50,960 nt of DNA from an uncultured bacterium (GCA_965370495.1 CBDUUV010000002.1:1-50960), one strand, 5' to 3'. Shown: positions 35,103 to 44,679, numbered from the stretch's first letter. A program made the numbers and translations. Notes: generated by a model from the sequence alone, not told the origin.

Positions 35103-36455
35103 TTGATAATCCAGGGAGGTCTGTGGTTGGATAACAGGATTGACAGGATCTTGAACAGGGCTGTTTCAGAGGGGTTTGAATGCGAAGTGTACGGTGAGGT
35201 GATGAGACAACTCCAGATCGAGGTTTACAGGGGTGAACTTGAATCCATCGACAGGTCTCGTGACGAAGGGGCCGGGATCAGGCTCATACGCGACGGGCGC
35301 GTGGGCTTCACCTTTTCGAACGACCTGAGCCGGGAAGGGCTGGATGCAGCGTTTGCCGAAGCAAAGAGTAATGCCAGGTGTGGTGCGCCGATGGAGGTTG
35401 ATGTCCTTGCAGACAACCTGGATATGATAAGCAGGAATGACGCTGAATTACCCGGACCGAACAGGAACGAGACCAACATGAAGATAGAGGGTGTCCGGGA
35501 AATGGAACGGATGGCTCTTGGATATGACAGCTCGATCGATAATACAGAGGGTGCCGGTTATTCAGAGGCGTATGGAGAGGTGTATGTTGCAAGTACAAGG
35601 GGTTTTTTCAGAAAAGAAAAAAGAGGGTCGTGCTCCTGCTCCATATCCGCGGTTGCCCGAAAAGGTGAAGATATCCGTACAGGATGGTATTACAATCAGT
35701 CGATCGACGCGAATCTGCTGGATTTCAGGATAACCGGAAGTGAGGCAGCCAGAAGGGCATCGATCCTCCTCGATTGCCGGAAGATCCCGTCAAAACGTTA
35801 TCCTGTAATCATGGATGGTACAGCTTTTGGCGATATTATATACCTTATTGAACAGGTATTGTCCGGGGAGATGGCACTGAAGGGAACAACCGTCTTTGCC
35901 GGGAAACGGGGGATGAGAGTAGCCCCTGATATATTTACGCTCGTAGACGACCCGTTCCTTGCTGGAGGATGTTTTAATGCCAGTTTTGATGATGAAGGAG
36001 TTCCAAGGAATCGATGTGTTTTGATAGAATCGGGAATAGTAAAGGGCTTTCTCAATAATTCGTGGTCTTCAAAAAAGACGGGGGTGCCTTTTACAGGAAA
36101 TGCGGTCAGGCCTTCTTACAAGGAACTACCGGTACCCGGGCCGACAAACCTGTTTATGGTTCCGGGAGAAAAAAGCCTGGACAAGATGATAGCGCAACTC
36201 GATGAAGGGATATATATTCTGAATACTATGGGAATGCATACGGCCGACCCGATATCAGGTGATTTTTCCGTTGGGATCAATGGCTTGTATATAAAGGGTG
36301 GAGAAAGGTGTGTAGCGATAAATGAGATGACGATCAGCGGTAATATACTGGATCTTCTCGGCGGAATCCGGGAAGTGGGAAAGGAGATTGTTTTTACGGG
36401 ACCGTACGGTGCGCCGCCGGTGCTTATCGAAGGTCTCAGTATAAGCGGGACATAA
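35103..36455 (+). CDS. pmbA: TldD/PmbA-family metalloprotease
   Basis: 450 aa. C-terminal FDDEGVPRNRCVLIESGIVKGFL ... GDFSVGINGLYIKGGE ... is typical of the PmbA/TldD fold. The start is uncertain; TTG at 35127 has the better RBS spacing. Confidence 0.8.
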   Translation: MIIQGGLWLDNRIDRILNRAVSEGFECEVYGEVMRQLQIEVYRGELESIDRSRDEGAGIRLIRDGRVGFTFSNDLSREGLDAAFAEAKSNARCGAPMEVDVLADNLDMISRNDAELPGPNRNETNMKIEGVREMERMALGYDSSIDNTEGAGYSEAYGEVYVASTRGFFRKEKRGSCSCSISAVARKGEDIRTGWYYNQSIDANLLDFRITGSEAARRASILLDCRKIPSKRYPVIMDGTAFGDIIYLIEQVLSGEMALKGTTVFAGKRGMRVAPDIFTLVDDPFLAGGCFNASFDDEGVPRNRCVLIESGIVKGFLNNSWSSKKTGVPFTGNAVRPSYKELPVPGPTNLFMVPGEKSLDKMIAQLDEGIYILNTMGMHTADPISGDFSVGINGLYIKGGERCVAINEMTISGNILDLLGGIREVGKEIVFTGPYGAPPVLIEGLSISGT

Positions 36456-36497
36456 GGAGCCCGTTTAAATCGGAGCGGTTTTTTTATCATAGGAGGA

Positions 36498-37274
36498 ATG
36501 ATGCATCCGATACTCCTGGAGCTTGGCAGATTCAAGATATATTCATACGGTTTCATGCTCGCTCTCAGTTTTTTTGTAGGGATACTGCTGGCGGCAAAGA
36601 GGGCGGAGAAGCAGGGATTGAAATCAGATTTAATATATGACCTGAGCATTATCCTGATACTGGGAGCAGTGATAGGTTCGCGCGGATTGTATATACTGAC
36701 TCATCTGGACCATTTTCATGGTCTTATGGACATTATCGCTCTCTGGCAGGGTGGGGCGACCTATTACGGAGGAATGATTCTCGCGGTGGCTGGAGCCATG
36801 GTGTTTCTCAGGATCAAGGGTGTTTCGTTTCTGAAGGTGGCGGATATCTGTTCACTTTCGGTGGCGTTGGGAGTCTTTCTGACCCGGATCGGGTGTTTTC
36901 TCAGCGGATGCTGCTTCGGGAAACCAACCGAGTGTTCTCTGGGCATGATCTATCCGGCCGGATCACCTGCCGGGAACACATATTCCGGTATTCACATTCA
37001 CCCCACACAGTTATATTCGTCTTTCTACGGACTTGTAATCTTCCTCGCACTGCTGGTTCTGGAAAAGAAAAAAGGATTCGATGGTTATACTTTCGGGTTT
37101 ATGCTGATCCTCTACGGGATCGCCAGGTTTGTTGTCGACTTTTTCAGGTTCTACGAGGATTCCGCCATAGTGTGGCATGGATTTATCGATAATCAGCTTA
37201 TCAGTGTAGTTGTTATTGTCGGCGGGTTGGTCCTTCTCTTTGTGCAGGGAAGAAAGTCTGGAAATAAAGTATAA
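36498..37274 (+). CDS. lgt: Prolipoprotein diacylglyceryl transferase
   Basis: AGGAGG upstream. IYSYGFMLALSFFVGILLA, LWQGGATYYGG, HPTQLYSSFYG, ARFVVDFFR. Confidence 0.9.
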   Translation: MMHPILLELGRFKIYSYGFMLALSFFVGILLAAKRAEKQGLKSDLIYDLSIILILGAVIGSRGLYILTHLDHFHGLMDIIALWQGGATYYGGMILAVAGAMVFLRIKGVSFLKVADICSLSVALGVFLTRIGCFLSGCCFGKPTECSLGMIYPAGSPAGNTYSGIHIHPTQLYSSFYGLVIFLALLVLEKKKGFDGYTFGFMLILYGIARFVVDFFRFYEDSAIVWHGFIDNQLISVVVIVGGLVLLFVQGRKSGNKV

Positions 37275-37350
37275 GGGAACTGTTGAATCCTGCACCTGTG
37301 TACCGGAGCCGTAAAGCAGCAAAGGGTTACGACGTCGGTTTTGCGGGGTT

Positions 37351-38220
37351 GTGTTGATGATGAGGAAGGGCGCGGGTTTGTTTTTGTTTGTATCTGATCT
37401 GTTGTTTCCCGGGAGGTGCCTGGCCTGTGAAAAGATCCTTCGTGCGCCCGGCACCGGAACGCCACTGATACTCCCCGCGGGGTGGCCGGAAGAAACTGTT
37501 GAGTTTCTAAGGATCGATTTTTCATACAGGATCCTGGGCCCGCTCTCTATTTGCGCAAGGCTCTTATGCCCCGATTGCTGGCTGTCTCTTGTTCCCGCGT
37601 CGACCGCTGTATTTACAGGGTGTGGCGGCATGGTTCCGATCATTACGCCCTTCATAACGGATGATCTGCTCCTGAGGGTTGTGAAATATCTCAAATTCGA
37701 ATATGGCAGAGCCGCCGTTGTGCCGCTGGCCTGGTGGATCGCATCGGCGCTTAAACGGTATTCAAGCGGGATAAACAGTGCCAGGACTGTTATCCTCCCC
37801 GTTCCCCTGTACCGGGGCCGTAGAACGGCAAGGGGTTACAATCAGGCTGAACTGCTTGCCAGCGAAGTTGCTTCGATCCTTTCCGTCAGGGTCGAAACCG
37901 GTGTGCTGAAGCGTACGAAAAAGACAAAACCTCAATCGAAGCTCCAGCCTGACAGGCGGGAAGTGAATGTAGAGGGAGCTTTTACTGTTTCCAGACCGGA
38001 ACTGATAATAGATAAGGATATTATTCTTATAGACGATTTGATAACTACGGGCGAGACAGTTAAAGCATGTATAAAAGCTTTACATGAATCATTCTTGTCC
38101 CCGATAATGGTGCTGGCCGCTGGCAGAAGCGGGCGGAAACAGTACCTGGAGATGATGGGAGAAGATCTTCAGGCCCGTTTGCCGTCTGAGGCTGGTCCGA
38201 ATCTGATTTATATTGGTTGA
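37351..38220 (+). CDS. comF: ComF-family phosphoribosyltransferase-domain protein
   Basis: N-terminal CxxC...CxxC (CLACEKIL ... CPDCW), RGYNQAELLA, and the PRPP-binding loop IILIDDLITTGETV. Start ambiguous between 37351 and 37357. Confidence 0.8.
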   Translation: MLMMRKGAGLFLFVSDLLFPGRCLACEKILRAPGTGTPLILPAGWPEETVEFLRIDFSYRILGPLSICARLLCPDCWLSLVPASTAVFTGCGGMVPIITPFITDDLLLRVVKYLKFEYGRAAVVPLAWWIASALKRYSSGINSARTVILPVPLYRGRRTARGYNQAELLASEVASILSVRVETGVLKRTKKTKPQSKLQPDRREVNVEGAFTVSRPELIIDKDIILIDDLITTGETVKACIKALHESFLSPIMVLAAGRSGRKQYLEMMGEDLQARLPSEAGPNLIYIG

Positions 38221-38290
38221 ATCCTGGTGTTCGGCTGTGTTTAGATAACGTGTGCCGTATTCTTCCGGGATCTGCAAGAGGGAGGGCGAA

Positions 38291-39214
38291 GTGCTCGTTA
38301 CAAACAAGGAACTAATGGTTGCCGCAAGGGATGGCGGTTACGGTGTCGGGGCATTTAATATCAATAATATGGAATTTGTTCAGGCCATAACCGGAGCTGC
38401 TGAAGAGCTTAACAGCCCGATCATCCTTGCGGTCTCTCAGGGAGCTATCAAGTATGCGGGGTTCGGAAATATCGTATCTCTCGTACAAACCGCGGTTGAA
38501 GAGAGAAAAGTCAAAGCCTCGCTTCACCTGGATCACGGAAAAGATATGAAGATAATTCAGCAGTGTATCGAGGGTGGTTTTACTTCGGTCATGATCGATG
38601 GCTCCGATCTGCCTTTTGAAGAAAATATCGCTGTTACCCGTAAGGTCGTTGAGATGGCCCGACCGAAAGGTATATCTGTCGAAGGCGAGCTCGGGCGCCT
38701 GGCCGGCGTTGAAGACCATGTCTCCGTATCGAAACAAGATGCTACATATACGGATCCGGATGAAGCAGTGGAATTTGTCGAAAAGACAGGTATCGACTCA
38801 CTGGCTGTAGCGATAGGGACTTCCCACGGCGCCTACAAGTTCAAGGGAGAAGCGAAGCTTGCCATGGACAGGCTTTCCGAAATTGTCAGCAAGGTCGATG
38901 TTCCTCTGGTTCTGCATGGCGCGTCGGGTGTCAATCAGGATCATGTAAAACTGGGAAATAAATATGGAGCAAAACTTATGGATGCCAGAGGTGTTCCCGA
39001 TAATGCGATAACCGAGGCGGTCCAACGTGGAGTATGCAAAGTCAACATAGATACTGACATGAGGATTGCGTTTACTGTGTTTATCAGGAAGTTTCTCGGT
39101 GATCAGCCTGAGGTGTTTGATCCGAGGGGATATCTCGGCGCTGGTAGAGAAGCGATCGTGGAAGTGGTTAAATACAAGATAAGGCTTTTCGGAAGTGAAG
39201 GAAAAGCTTTTTGA
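38291..39214 (+). CDS. fba: Class II fructose-1,6-bisphosphate aldolase
   Basis: GTG at 38291 gives the canonical N-terminus MLVTNKELMVAARDGGYGVGAFNINN. Also SLHLDHG, VMIDGS, EGELG, AIGTSHGAYKF, LVLHGASG. Confidence 0.9.
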   Translation: MLVTNKELMVAARDGGYGVGAFNINNMEFVQAITGAAEELNSPIILAVSQGAIKYAGFGNIVSLVQTAVEERKVKASLHLDHGKDMKIIQQCIEGGFTSVMIDGSDLPFEENIAVTRKVVEMARPKGISVEGELGRLAGVEDHVSVSKQDATYTDPDEAVEFVEKTGIDSLAVAIGTSHGAYKFKGEAKLAMDRLSEIVSKVDVPLVLHGASGVNQDHVKLGNKYGAKLMDARGVPDNAITEAVQRGVCKVNIDTDMRIAFTVFIRKFLGDQPEVFDPRGYLGAGREAIVEVVKYKIRLFGSEGKAF

Positions 39215-39252
39215 GCAGGAGATGTAACAAGCTTTCTCAAGGAGGAGAAAAG

Positions 39253-40257
39253 GTGGCTATTAATGTCGCGATCAACGGGTTTGGCAGGATCGGAAGACTG
39301 GTATTCCGCGGAGCGGTTAATGACAAGCGGTTTAATATTGTAGCGATTAACGATCTTACCGATGCCGGTACGCTCGGGCATCTTCTCAAGTACGATTCTG
39401 TACATGGCAGGTTTCAAGGCAGGGTGAAGGTCCTTAAATCGGGCGATATATCTGTCAACGGCAAGAGAATAAAAGTGCTTACCGAGAGGGACCCGGCATC
39501 GTTGCCATGGAAAAAACTCGGAGTCGATATTGTGATAGAGTCGACAGGGTTCTTCAGAAAACGCAAGGATGCAGCGCTTCACATCAAGGCAGGGGCAAAG
39601 AAGGTAATTATTTCCGCCCCTTCGCCTGATCCCGATATCATGATAGTTATGGGGGTTAATGACAATTTGTACAGGAAGAGCAAACATCATGTGATCTCGA
39701 CTGCGTCGTGTACGACAAACTGTCTTGCTCCTGTTGTGAAAGTGCTCAATGACAAATTCGGTATTGCTAACGGCCTGATGACCACCATCCATGCTTATAC
39801 AAGCGACCAGAATATACTTGACGCACCCCACAAGGATCTTCGCAGAGCCCGGGCCTGTGCTGTTTCGATGATTCCGACTACAACAGGCGCGGCCGCTGCT
39901 GTCGGAGTTGTGATGCCGTCTCTGAAAGGCAAGCTTAACGGGATAGCAGTACGTGTACCAACCCCGGATGCGTCACTTGTAGATCTTACTCTCACTCTGA
40001 AGAAATCGACTACTGTAGAGGAACTCAATGCCGTGGTCAGGAAAGCTGCCGAGACAAAGATGAAGGGTATCATTGAATACTGCGAGGATCCGATCGTCTC
40101 GATCGATGTAGTTGGCAATCCGTACTCATCGATTTTCGACAGCCTGATGACGATGTCGATTTCACCGAGGGTCTTCAAGATCCTGGCATGGTATGATAAC
40201 GAGTACGGATACGCTATCAGGATGGTTGACATGATGAGGATTCTTGTCGGGAAGTAG
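39253..40257 (+). CDS. gap: Glyceraldehyde-3-phosphate dehydrogenase
   Basis: GTG at 39253 follows GGAGGAG. INGFGRIGR, active site SCTTNCLAP, WYDNEYGY. Confidence 0.97.
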   Translation: MAINVAINGFGRIGRLVFRGAVNDKRFNIVAINDLTDAGTLGHLLKYDSVHGRFQGRVKVLKSGDISVNGKRIKVLTERDPASLPWKKLGVDIVIESTGFFRKRKDAALHIKAGAKKVIISAPSPDPDIMIVMGVNDNLYRKSKHHVISTASCTTNCLAPVVKVLNDKFGIANGLMTTIHAYTSDQNILDAPHKDLRRARACAVSMIPTTTGAAAAVGVVMPSLKGKLNGIAVRVPTPDASLVDLTLTLKKSTTVEELNAVVRKAAETKMKGIIEYCEDPIVSIDVVGNPYSSIFDSLMTMSISPRVFKILAWYDNEYGYAIRMVDMMRILVGK

Positions 40258-40295
40258 GGGATTGTAGCCCGGATTACAGGGAGGATGCTGATTTG

Positions 40296-41534
40296 ATGAA
40301 GAAGACACTCAGAGACATAAGTCTGAGCGGAAAACGAGTATTGATGAGGGTAGACTTCAATGTTCCGCTTTCTGCGGATGGTGATGTCGCTGATGATACA
40401 AGGATCAGGGCTGCGTTGCCGAGCATCGAATATGCTGCCGGGAAGGGTGCATCTGTAGTGTTGATGTCTCATCTGGGCAGGCCGAAAGGGAAAAAGGATT
40501 CTTCTTTAAGCCTCAAGGTCGTTGCATATCATCTCGGCGGGCTCACCAACTGTCCGGTGAAGTTTGTCGGCGATTGTGTAGGTGAAGAAGTGAATAAAAA
40601 GGTCGAATCACTCAAGCCGGGGGAAGTACTCCTTCTTGAAAACCTGCGGTTTTACGAGGAGGAGACCTCGAACGATCCGGCTTTTGCTTCTAAACTGTCC
40701 AGGTATGGTGATGTTTATATAAACGATGCTTTCGGTACGGCTCACAGAGCACATGCCTCGATAGAAGGAGTCACGAAATATTTTGAGGAGAAGGTAGCCG
40801 GGTTCTTGATGGAGAAGGAGCTGATGACACTGGGAGGGCTTCTTTTCGAACCGAAGCGGCCTTTTGTGGCCATTCTTGGGGGGGCTAAAGTTTCGGGCAA
40901 GATAGGGATCATCAAAAATCTTCTCGACAAGGTCGACAGGATAATCATAGGTGGAGGAATGGCTTTTACCTTCTTCAAGGCTGTTGGGCTGGAGATAGGT
41001 AATTCGCTGCTTGACGAGAATTTTCTGGATATGTGCCGTGAGCTGATGGAAAGATCCGGTAAAGGTTCTTCAAAACAGATCTTTCTGCCGATTGACTGTG
41101 TTGTGGCGAATGAGGTAAAAAACAGCGCGAAGTTCAAAACTGTTTCAACCGGAGATATCCCGGAAGGGTGGTCGGGTGTGGATATCGGTAATGCGACGGT
41201 CGAGATATTCAGGAAGGAGATCCTGAATGCGGGGACCCTGTTCTGGAACGGGCCGATGGGGATATTTGAGATGCCGAATTTTGCCAATGGGACCAGGATG
41301 ATAGCCAGGGCGATAGTAGAAGCAACAGAGAACGGAGCTACGAGTGTGATTGGTGGGGGGGACAGTGTGGCCGCGCTGAGCAAGCTCGGCCTGGCAGCCA
41401 GGGTGTCGCATATTTCGACAGGTGGCGGAGCTTCTCTTGAGTTTCTCGAAGGAAGGGAACTTCCCGGTGTCAAACCCCTGAATAACGGGGAAGTAGCTTC
41501 TGGAACCCGGGAGAAAAGGGGAGAGCATGCGTAG
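40296..41534 (+). CDS. pgk: Phosphoglycerate kinase
   Basis: RVDFNVPL, SHLGRPKG, ILGGAKVSGKIG, WNGPMGIFE, GGGDS. About 15 extra C-terminal residues run into tpiA. Confidence 0.97.
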   Translation: MKKTLRDISLSGKRVLMRVDFNVPLSADGDVADDTRIRAALPSIEYAAGKGASVVLMSHLGRPKGKKDSSLSLKVVAYHLGGLTNCPVKFVGDCVGEEVNKKVESLKPGEVLLLENLRFYEEETSNDPAFASKLSRYGDVYINDAFGTAHRAHASIEGVTKYFEEKVAGFLMEKELMTLGGLLFEPKRPFVAILGGAKVSGKIGIIKNLLDKVDRIIIGGGMAFTFFKAVGLEIGNSLLDENFLDMCRELMERSGKGSSKQIFLPIDCVVANEVKNSAKFKTVSTGDIPEGWSGVDIGNATVEIFRKEILNAGTLFWNGPMGIFEMPNFANGTRMIARAIVEATENGATSVIGGGDSVAALSKLGLAARVSHISTGGGASLEFLEGRELPGVKPLNNGEVASGTREKRGEHA

Positions 41535-42279
41535 AAGGGTCATTGCCGGTAACTGGAAGATGAATATCGACCACAGGGAGGGAGCGGCGCTTGCGTCTGC
41601 GATACTCGAAGGTGTCAAAGACAGGCAACCTCAATGTGAAGTGGTTGTGATCCCTGCATTTACAGCGCTGCCAGCGGTTTCTGAAGTGCTTTCGGGATCG
41701 CTTATAGAGACTGGAGCACAAAATCTCTGGTATGAGGAAAAGGGAGCGTTTACCGGAGAGATCTCCGGCGCTATGATTGCGGCTCTGGGATGCAGGTATG
41801 TCCTCGTGGGCCATTCTGAAAGAAGGCATATAATAGGTGAGGATGCCGGGATACTTTCCCTGAAACTCCGAGCCGCTCTGAAAGCGGGTCTGTTGCCAAT
41901 ATATTGTGTCGGTGAGCTGCTCGAGCAGCGTGAAAGCGGTAAAGCCGAAGAGGTGGTTGAGGGACAGATGAAAATTCTTGAGGGGCTGGAGCCGGATGAG
42001 ATATCACATGTTATCATAGCTTATGAACCAGTCTGGGCTATAGGTACGGGAAAGACAGCCACACCGGAAGATGCGTCCGTCATGCATGCTGCTATTCGCA
42101 GGATCCTGGGAGAAAAATTCAGCCCCGGGATGGCTGAAGACGCGATTATTCTTTACGGTGGAAGCGTTAAGCCGGAGAATGCTTCAAGCTTGCTCGGCAT
42201 GGATGATATTGATGGGGCTCTTGTGGGTGGGGCATCGATGAAAGCCGATCTGTTCCTGGGTATTATTTCCCCTTCGTAA
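41527..42279 (+). CDS. tpiA: Triosephosphate isomerase
   Basis: AGNWKMN, VGHSERR, IAYEPVWAIGTGKTA, YGGSV. The ATG overlaps the pgk stop by 8 nt. Confidence 0.97.
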   Translation: MRRRVIAGNWKMNIDHREGAALASAILEGVKDRQPQCEVVVIPAFTALPAVSEVLSGSLIETGAQNLWYEEKGAFTGEISGAMIAALGCRYVLVGHSERRHIIGEDAGILSLKLRAALKAGLLPIYCVGELLEQRESGKAEEVVEGQMKILEGLEPDEISHVIIAYEPVWAIGTGKTATPEDASVMHAAIRRILGEKFSPGMAEDAIILYGGSVKPENASSLLGMDDIDGALVGGASMKADLFLGIISPS

Positions 42280-42403
42280 GGCAGAGTGCCGGTTACTGAA
42301 AGCAACCTGGCAGAAGGCCATAATCGGTCTCGATCCGTCAAAAGACCGAGGCGAGCTTCATCTCTTACATACCATGTTTGATGTCCCGTCACGAGTATTT
42401 TGT

Positions 42404-42432
42404 TTGACTGGCATCATTTTTTTCATTAAACT
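42404..42432 (+). promoter_or_regulatory. Putative promoter of secG-tRNA-Leu (TTGACT-N17-TAAACT)
   Basis: TTGACT at 42404-42409, 17-nt spacer, TAAACT at 42427-42432, about 30 nt upstream of secG. Confidence 0.45.
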
Positions 42433-42463
42433 ACTCTTTTAATGGTAGAAGGTTGGTGAAAAA

Positions 42464-42880
42464 ATGCTGTTTAACATCTTTGTGATACTGCACACGATTG
42501 CGTGTTTCTTTCTTATACTTGTTGTATTGATGCAATCAAGCAAGGGAGGAGGCCTTTCCGGAGCATTCGGAGGGGGTGGTGGCCAGGCGATTATGGGCGG
42601 GCGCGAAACTGCTACATTTTTGAGCAAGGCAACAACCTATCTTGCAGTAATGTTTATGGTTACATCACTTTCGCTGGCATTTTTATCGGCAGGAAAAGGC
42701 GGCCCGGAGACTCAAAGCGCATTGAGAAAAGCTGCCATGAAAAGCCAGTGGGGTAGTATTATACCGGAAGAGCAGAAGGATATTAACGAAGTGCTCAAAA
42801 CCATCGAGCAGCCTCATGTTGAAGGGGAACAAGATATAGTACAGGAAGAGGAGCCGGTAGAGCAGGATAATCAGCAGTAA
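42464..42880 (+). CDS. secG: Preprotein translocase subunit SecG (with an acidic C-terminal extension)
   Basis: TM1, the Gly-rich loop LMQSSKGGGLSGAFGGGGGQAIMG, then TM2. Conserved position after tpiA. Confidence 0.85.
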   Translation: MLFNIFVILHTIACFFLILVVLMQSSKGGGLSGAFGGGGGQAIMGGRETATFLSKATTYLAVMFMVTSLSLAFLSAGKGGPETQSALRKAAMKSQWGSIIPEEQKDINEVLKTIEQPHVEGEQDIVQEEEPVEQDNQQ

Positions 42881-42895
42881 AAACGTTGTAATATT

Positions 42896-42979
42896 GCCGA
42901 GGTGGTGGAACTGGTAGACACGCTACTTTGAGGGGGTAGTGGGTGAAAACCTGTGCGGGTTCGAGTCCCGCTCTCGGCA
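42896..42979 (+). tRNA. tRNA-Leu (anticodon GAG), class II with long variable arm; CCA not encoded
   Basis: Hand-folded cloverleaf. Acceptor GCCGAGG/TCTCGGC. Anticodon stem CTACT/GGTAG with loop TTGAGGG (GAG at 42930-42932). Variable arm GGGT-GAAA-ACCT. T-arm GCGGG-TTCGAGT-CCCGC. Discriminator A, followed by T7 (42980-42986). Confidence 0.9.
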
Positions 42980-43089
42980 TTTTTTTATGTTCTGAACATT
43001 TTCCTTGATATGGTTCAAAAAAGGCTTTACACACACTTGTACATTACATTAGCTTCAATGCGGTTGTTGCTGCTTCGGGAGGTTCTGGT

Positions 43090-43608
43090 TTGGGCCTGAA
43101 TGATTTTGTTACCGGACATCTGAATATTCTTGTTATAGTATCTGTTATCCTTGCGGTGATTTCGGTCTGTGCTGCTTTGTTTCTTCTCTTCGAATTGAAA
43201 CGGCTCAGAAAACCGTTCAGTGATATGGCGGATTTTTACAAGGATACCGGTGCCGAGAAAGCGCTGGAGAAACTCCTGAAGGGGGTCGATGAGAACCGCG
43301 AATATCTCAGGGGCCATTCTGAAGAGATTCGCATGATCCTTGGGGAGCTTGATAAATGTTACCGTGGTATGGGTATTGTCAAATACAATGCCTTCGAAGA
43401 TATAGGCGGTATGCAGAGTTATTCCCTGTGTCTTCTTACCCTCGAGAAGAACGGCATCCTTCTTACAAACCTCGTAGGCCGCAATTCCACGCGCGGATAT
43501 GCTCTCGAGATCAAGGACGGCAACCCTTCCCGGGAACTCAGTGGTGAGGAAAAAGAAGCGCTGGCTTATTCGCTCAAGTCTCTTGATTCCTGCTGTTGTA
43601 AGCGATAA
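43090..43608 (+). CDS. DUF4446-family protein
   Basis: TTG start 7 nt after GGGAGG. N-terminal TM, then IVKYNAFEDIGGMQSYSLCLLTLEKNGILLTNLVGRNSTRGYALEIKDG, which matches the DUF4446 core as I remember it. Confidence 0.7.
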   Translation: MGLNDFVTGHLNILVIVSVILAVISVCAALFLLFELKRLRKPFSDMADFYKDTGAEKALEKLLKGVDENREYLRGHSEEIRMILGELDKCYRGMGIVKYNAFEDIGGMQSYSLCLLTLEKNGILLTNLVGRNSTRGYALEIKDGNPSRELSGEEKEALAYSLKSLDSCCCKR

Positions 43609-43657
43609 AAAGGAAGCACTGGCCTGTTCACTCGGAGTTTGCGCAGCGGTTTTTCAA

Positions 43658-44458
43658 TCAGGTACTGTTTTCATCAGAATATTTTTTCAGTATACGTTTT
43701 TCTGTTTCCGAAAGGTTCTCATAACCTTTTTCTGAAATCTTGTCCAGAATCGAATCTATCTTGTTGGTATCGTTTCCCGCGTTATTACTGGCATCGTCTT
43801 TTTTGAACTCAATTCTGAAAGAGAATTTCTCCCAGAATTTTCCAAGACTGCTGAAAAGCCTGTTGCCTCGATGATTTTTTTTCAGGTAGATCAACCCGGC
43901 TGCCATTCCGCCCAAGTGGGCGAAATGAGCTATATTGCCGCCACCCTGTATCCCGGATATGAACGCTATCACTCCAAGTATTATGACCAGTGTGCGGGCA
44001 CGAACCGGGATTATACCCCAGACATATATCTGGTTATATGGAAAGAGGACTCCATATGCCAGAAGGATCCCGTATCCTGCAGCCGAAGCACCGATCACGG
44101 GGGTGTTGTAAGAGAAAATAAAGCTGAAAACCGCACCCCCTATACCACATACGAAGTAGTATTGGAGAAAACGTTTGCTTCCCCATACCTGTTCGAGTGT
44201 AGAGCCGAACATCCATATGAACAGCATGTTGAACAGGATGTGAAACATGTTTCCATGAAGGAACATATAGGTAACGATCTGCCAGATGAAGCCTCTTGTG
44301 ACGACATCTTTTGGAGTAAGAGCGAAAAAATGCTGAAAGCCGGTCCTGAACAGGATTATCTGAAAGATAAATACTATTATGTTGATAATCACGAGCTTAT
44401 TGACAGTACTGTTGCCAAACAGCCCCGAGAAAGAATTTCTTCTGAATTGATTCTGCAT
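43658..44458 (-). CDS. Rhomboid-family intramembrane serine protease (GlpG-like)
   Basis: FLHGNMFHILFNMLFIWMFG, GASAAGYGILLAY (GxSxxG), HFAHLGGMAAGLIY, and a short soluble C-terminal tail. Confidence 0.85.
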   Translation of the reverse strand: MQNQFRRNSFSGLFGNSTVNKLVIINIIVFIFQIILFRTGFQHFFALTPKDVVTRGFIWQIVTYMFLHGNMFHILFNMLFIWMFGSTLEQVWGSKRFLQYYFVCGIGGAVFSFIFSYNTPVIGASAAGYGILLAYGVLFPYNQIYVWGIIPVRARTLVIILGVIAFISGIQGGGNIAHFAHLGGMAAGLIYLKKNHRGNRLFSSLGKFWEKFSFRIEFKKDDASNNAGNDTNKIDSILDKISEKGYENLSETEKRILKKYSDENST

Positions 44459-44679
44459 CGTTATCCTCGTTTCGTGTCAATCGGACTCCTGTCAGCATAA
44501 TAACGTATCGCCCGGGAACGGGCAAGCTTAACAACGGAATAAAGCCTGTTAATGACTGAACCCCATTATACGTATTAGAGATTCTGCCGGTTCACCGGGT
44601 GTCTTCTTTTTCGGCTCGACTTGACAAGTCTGGATATGGTATTATGCAATCGATGTGATTTAAAGAGAGGTGATAAACT

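Noticed and set aside
42795-43034. 79-aa minus-strand ORF spanning the secG 3' end and the tRNA.
   Set aside because: It overlaps a cleanly folding tRNA-Leu and the secG coding end. It has no RBS and no protein-like features.
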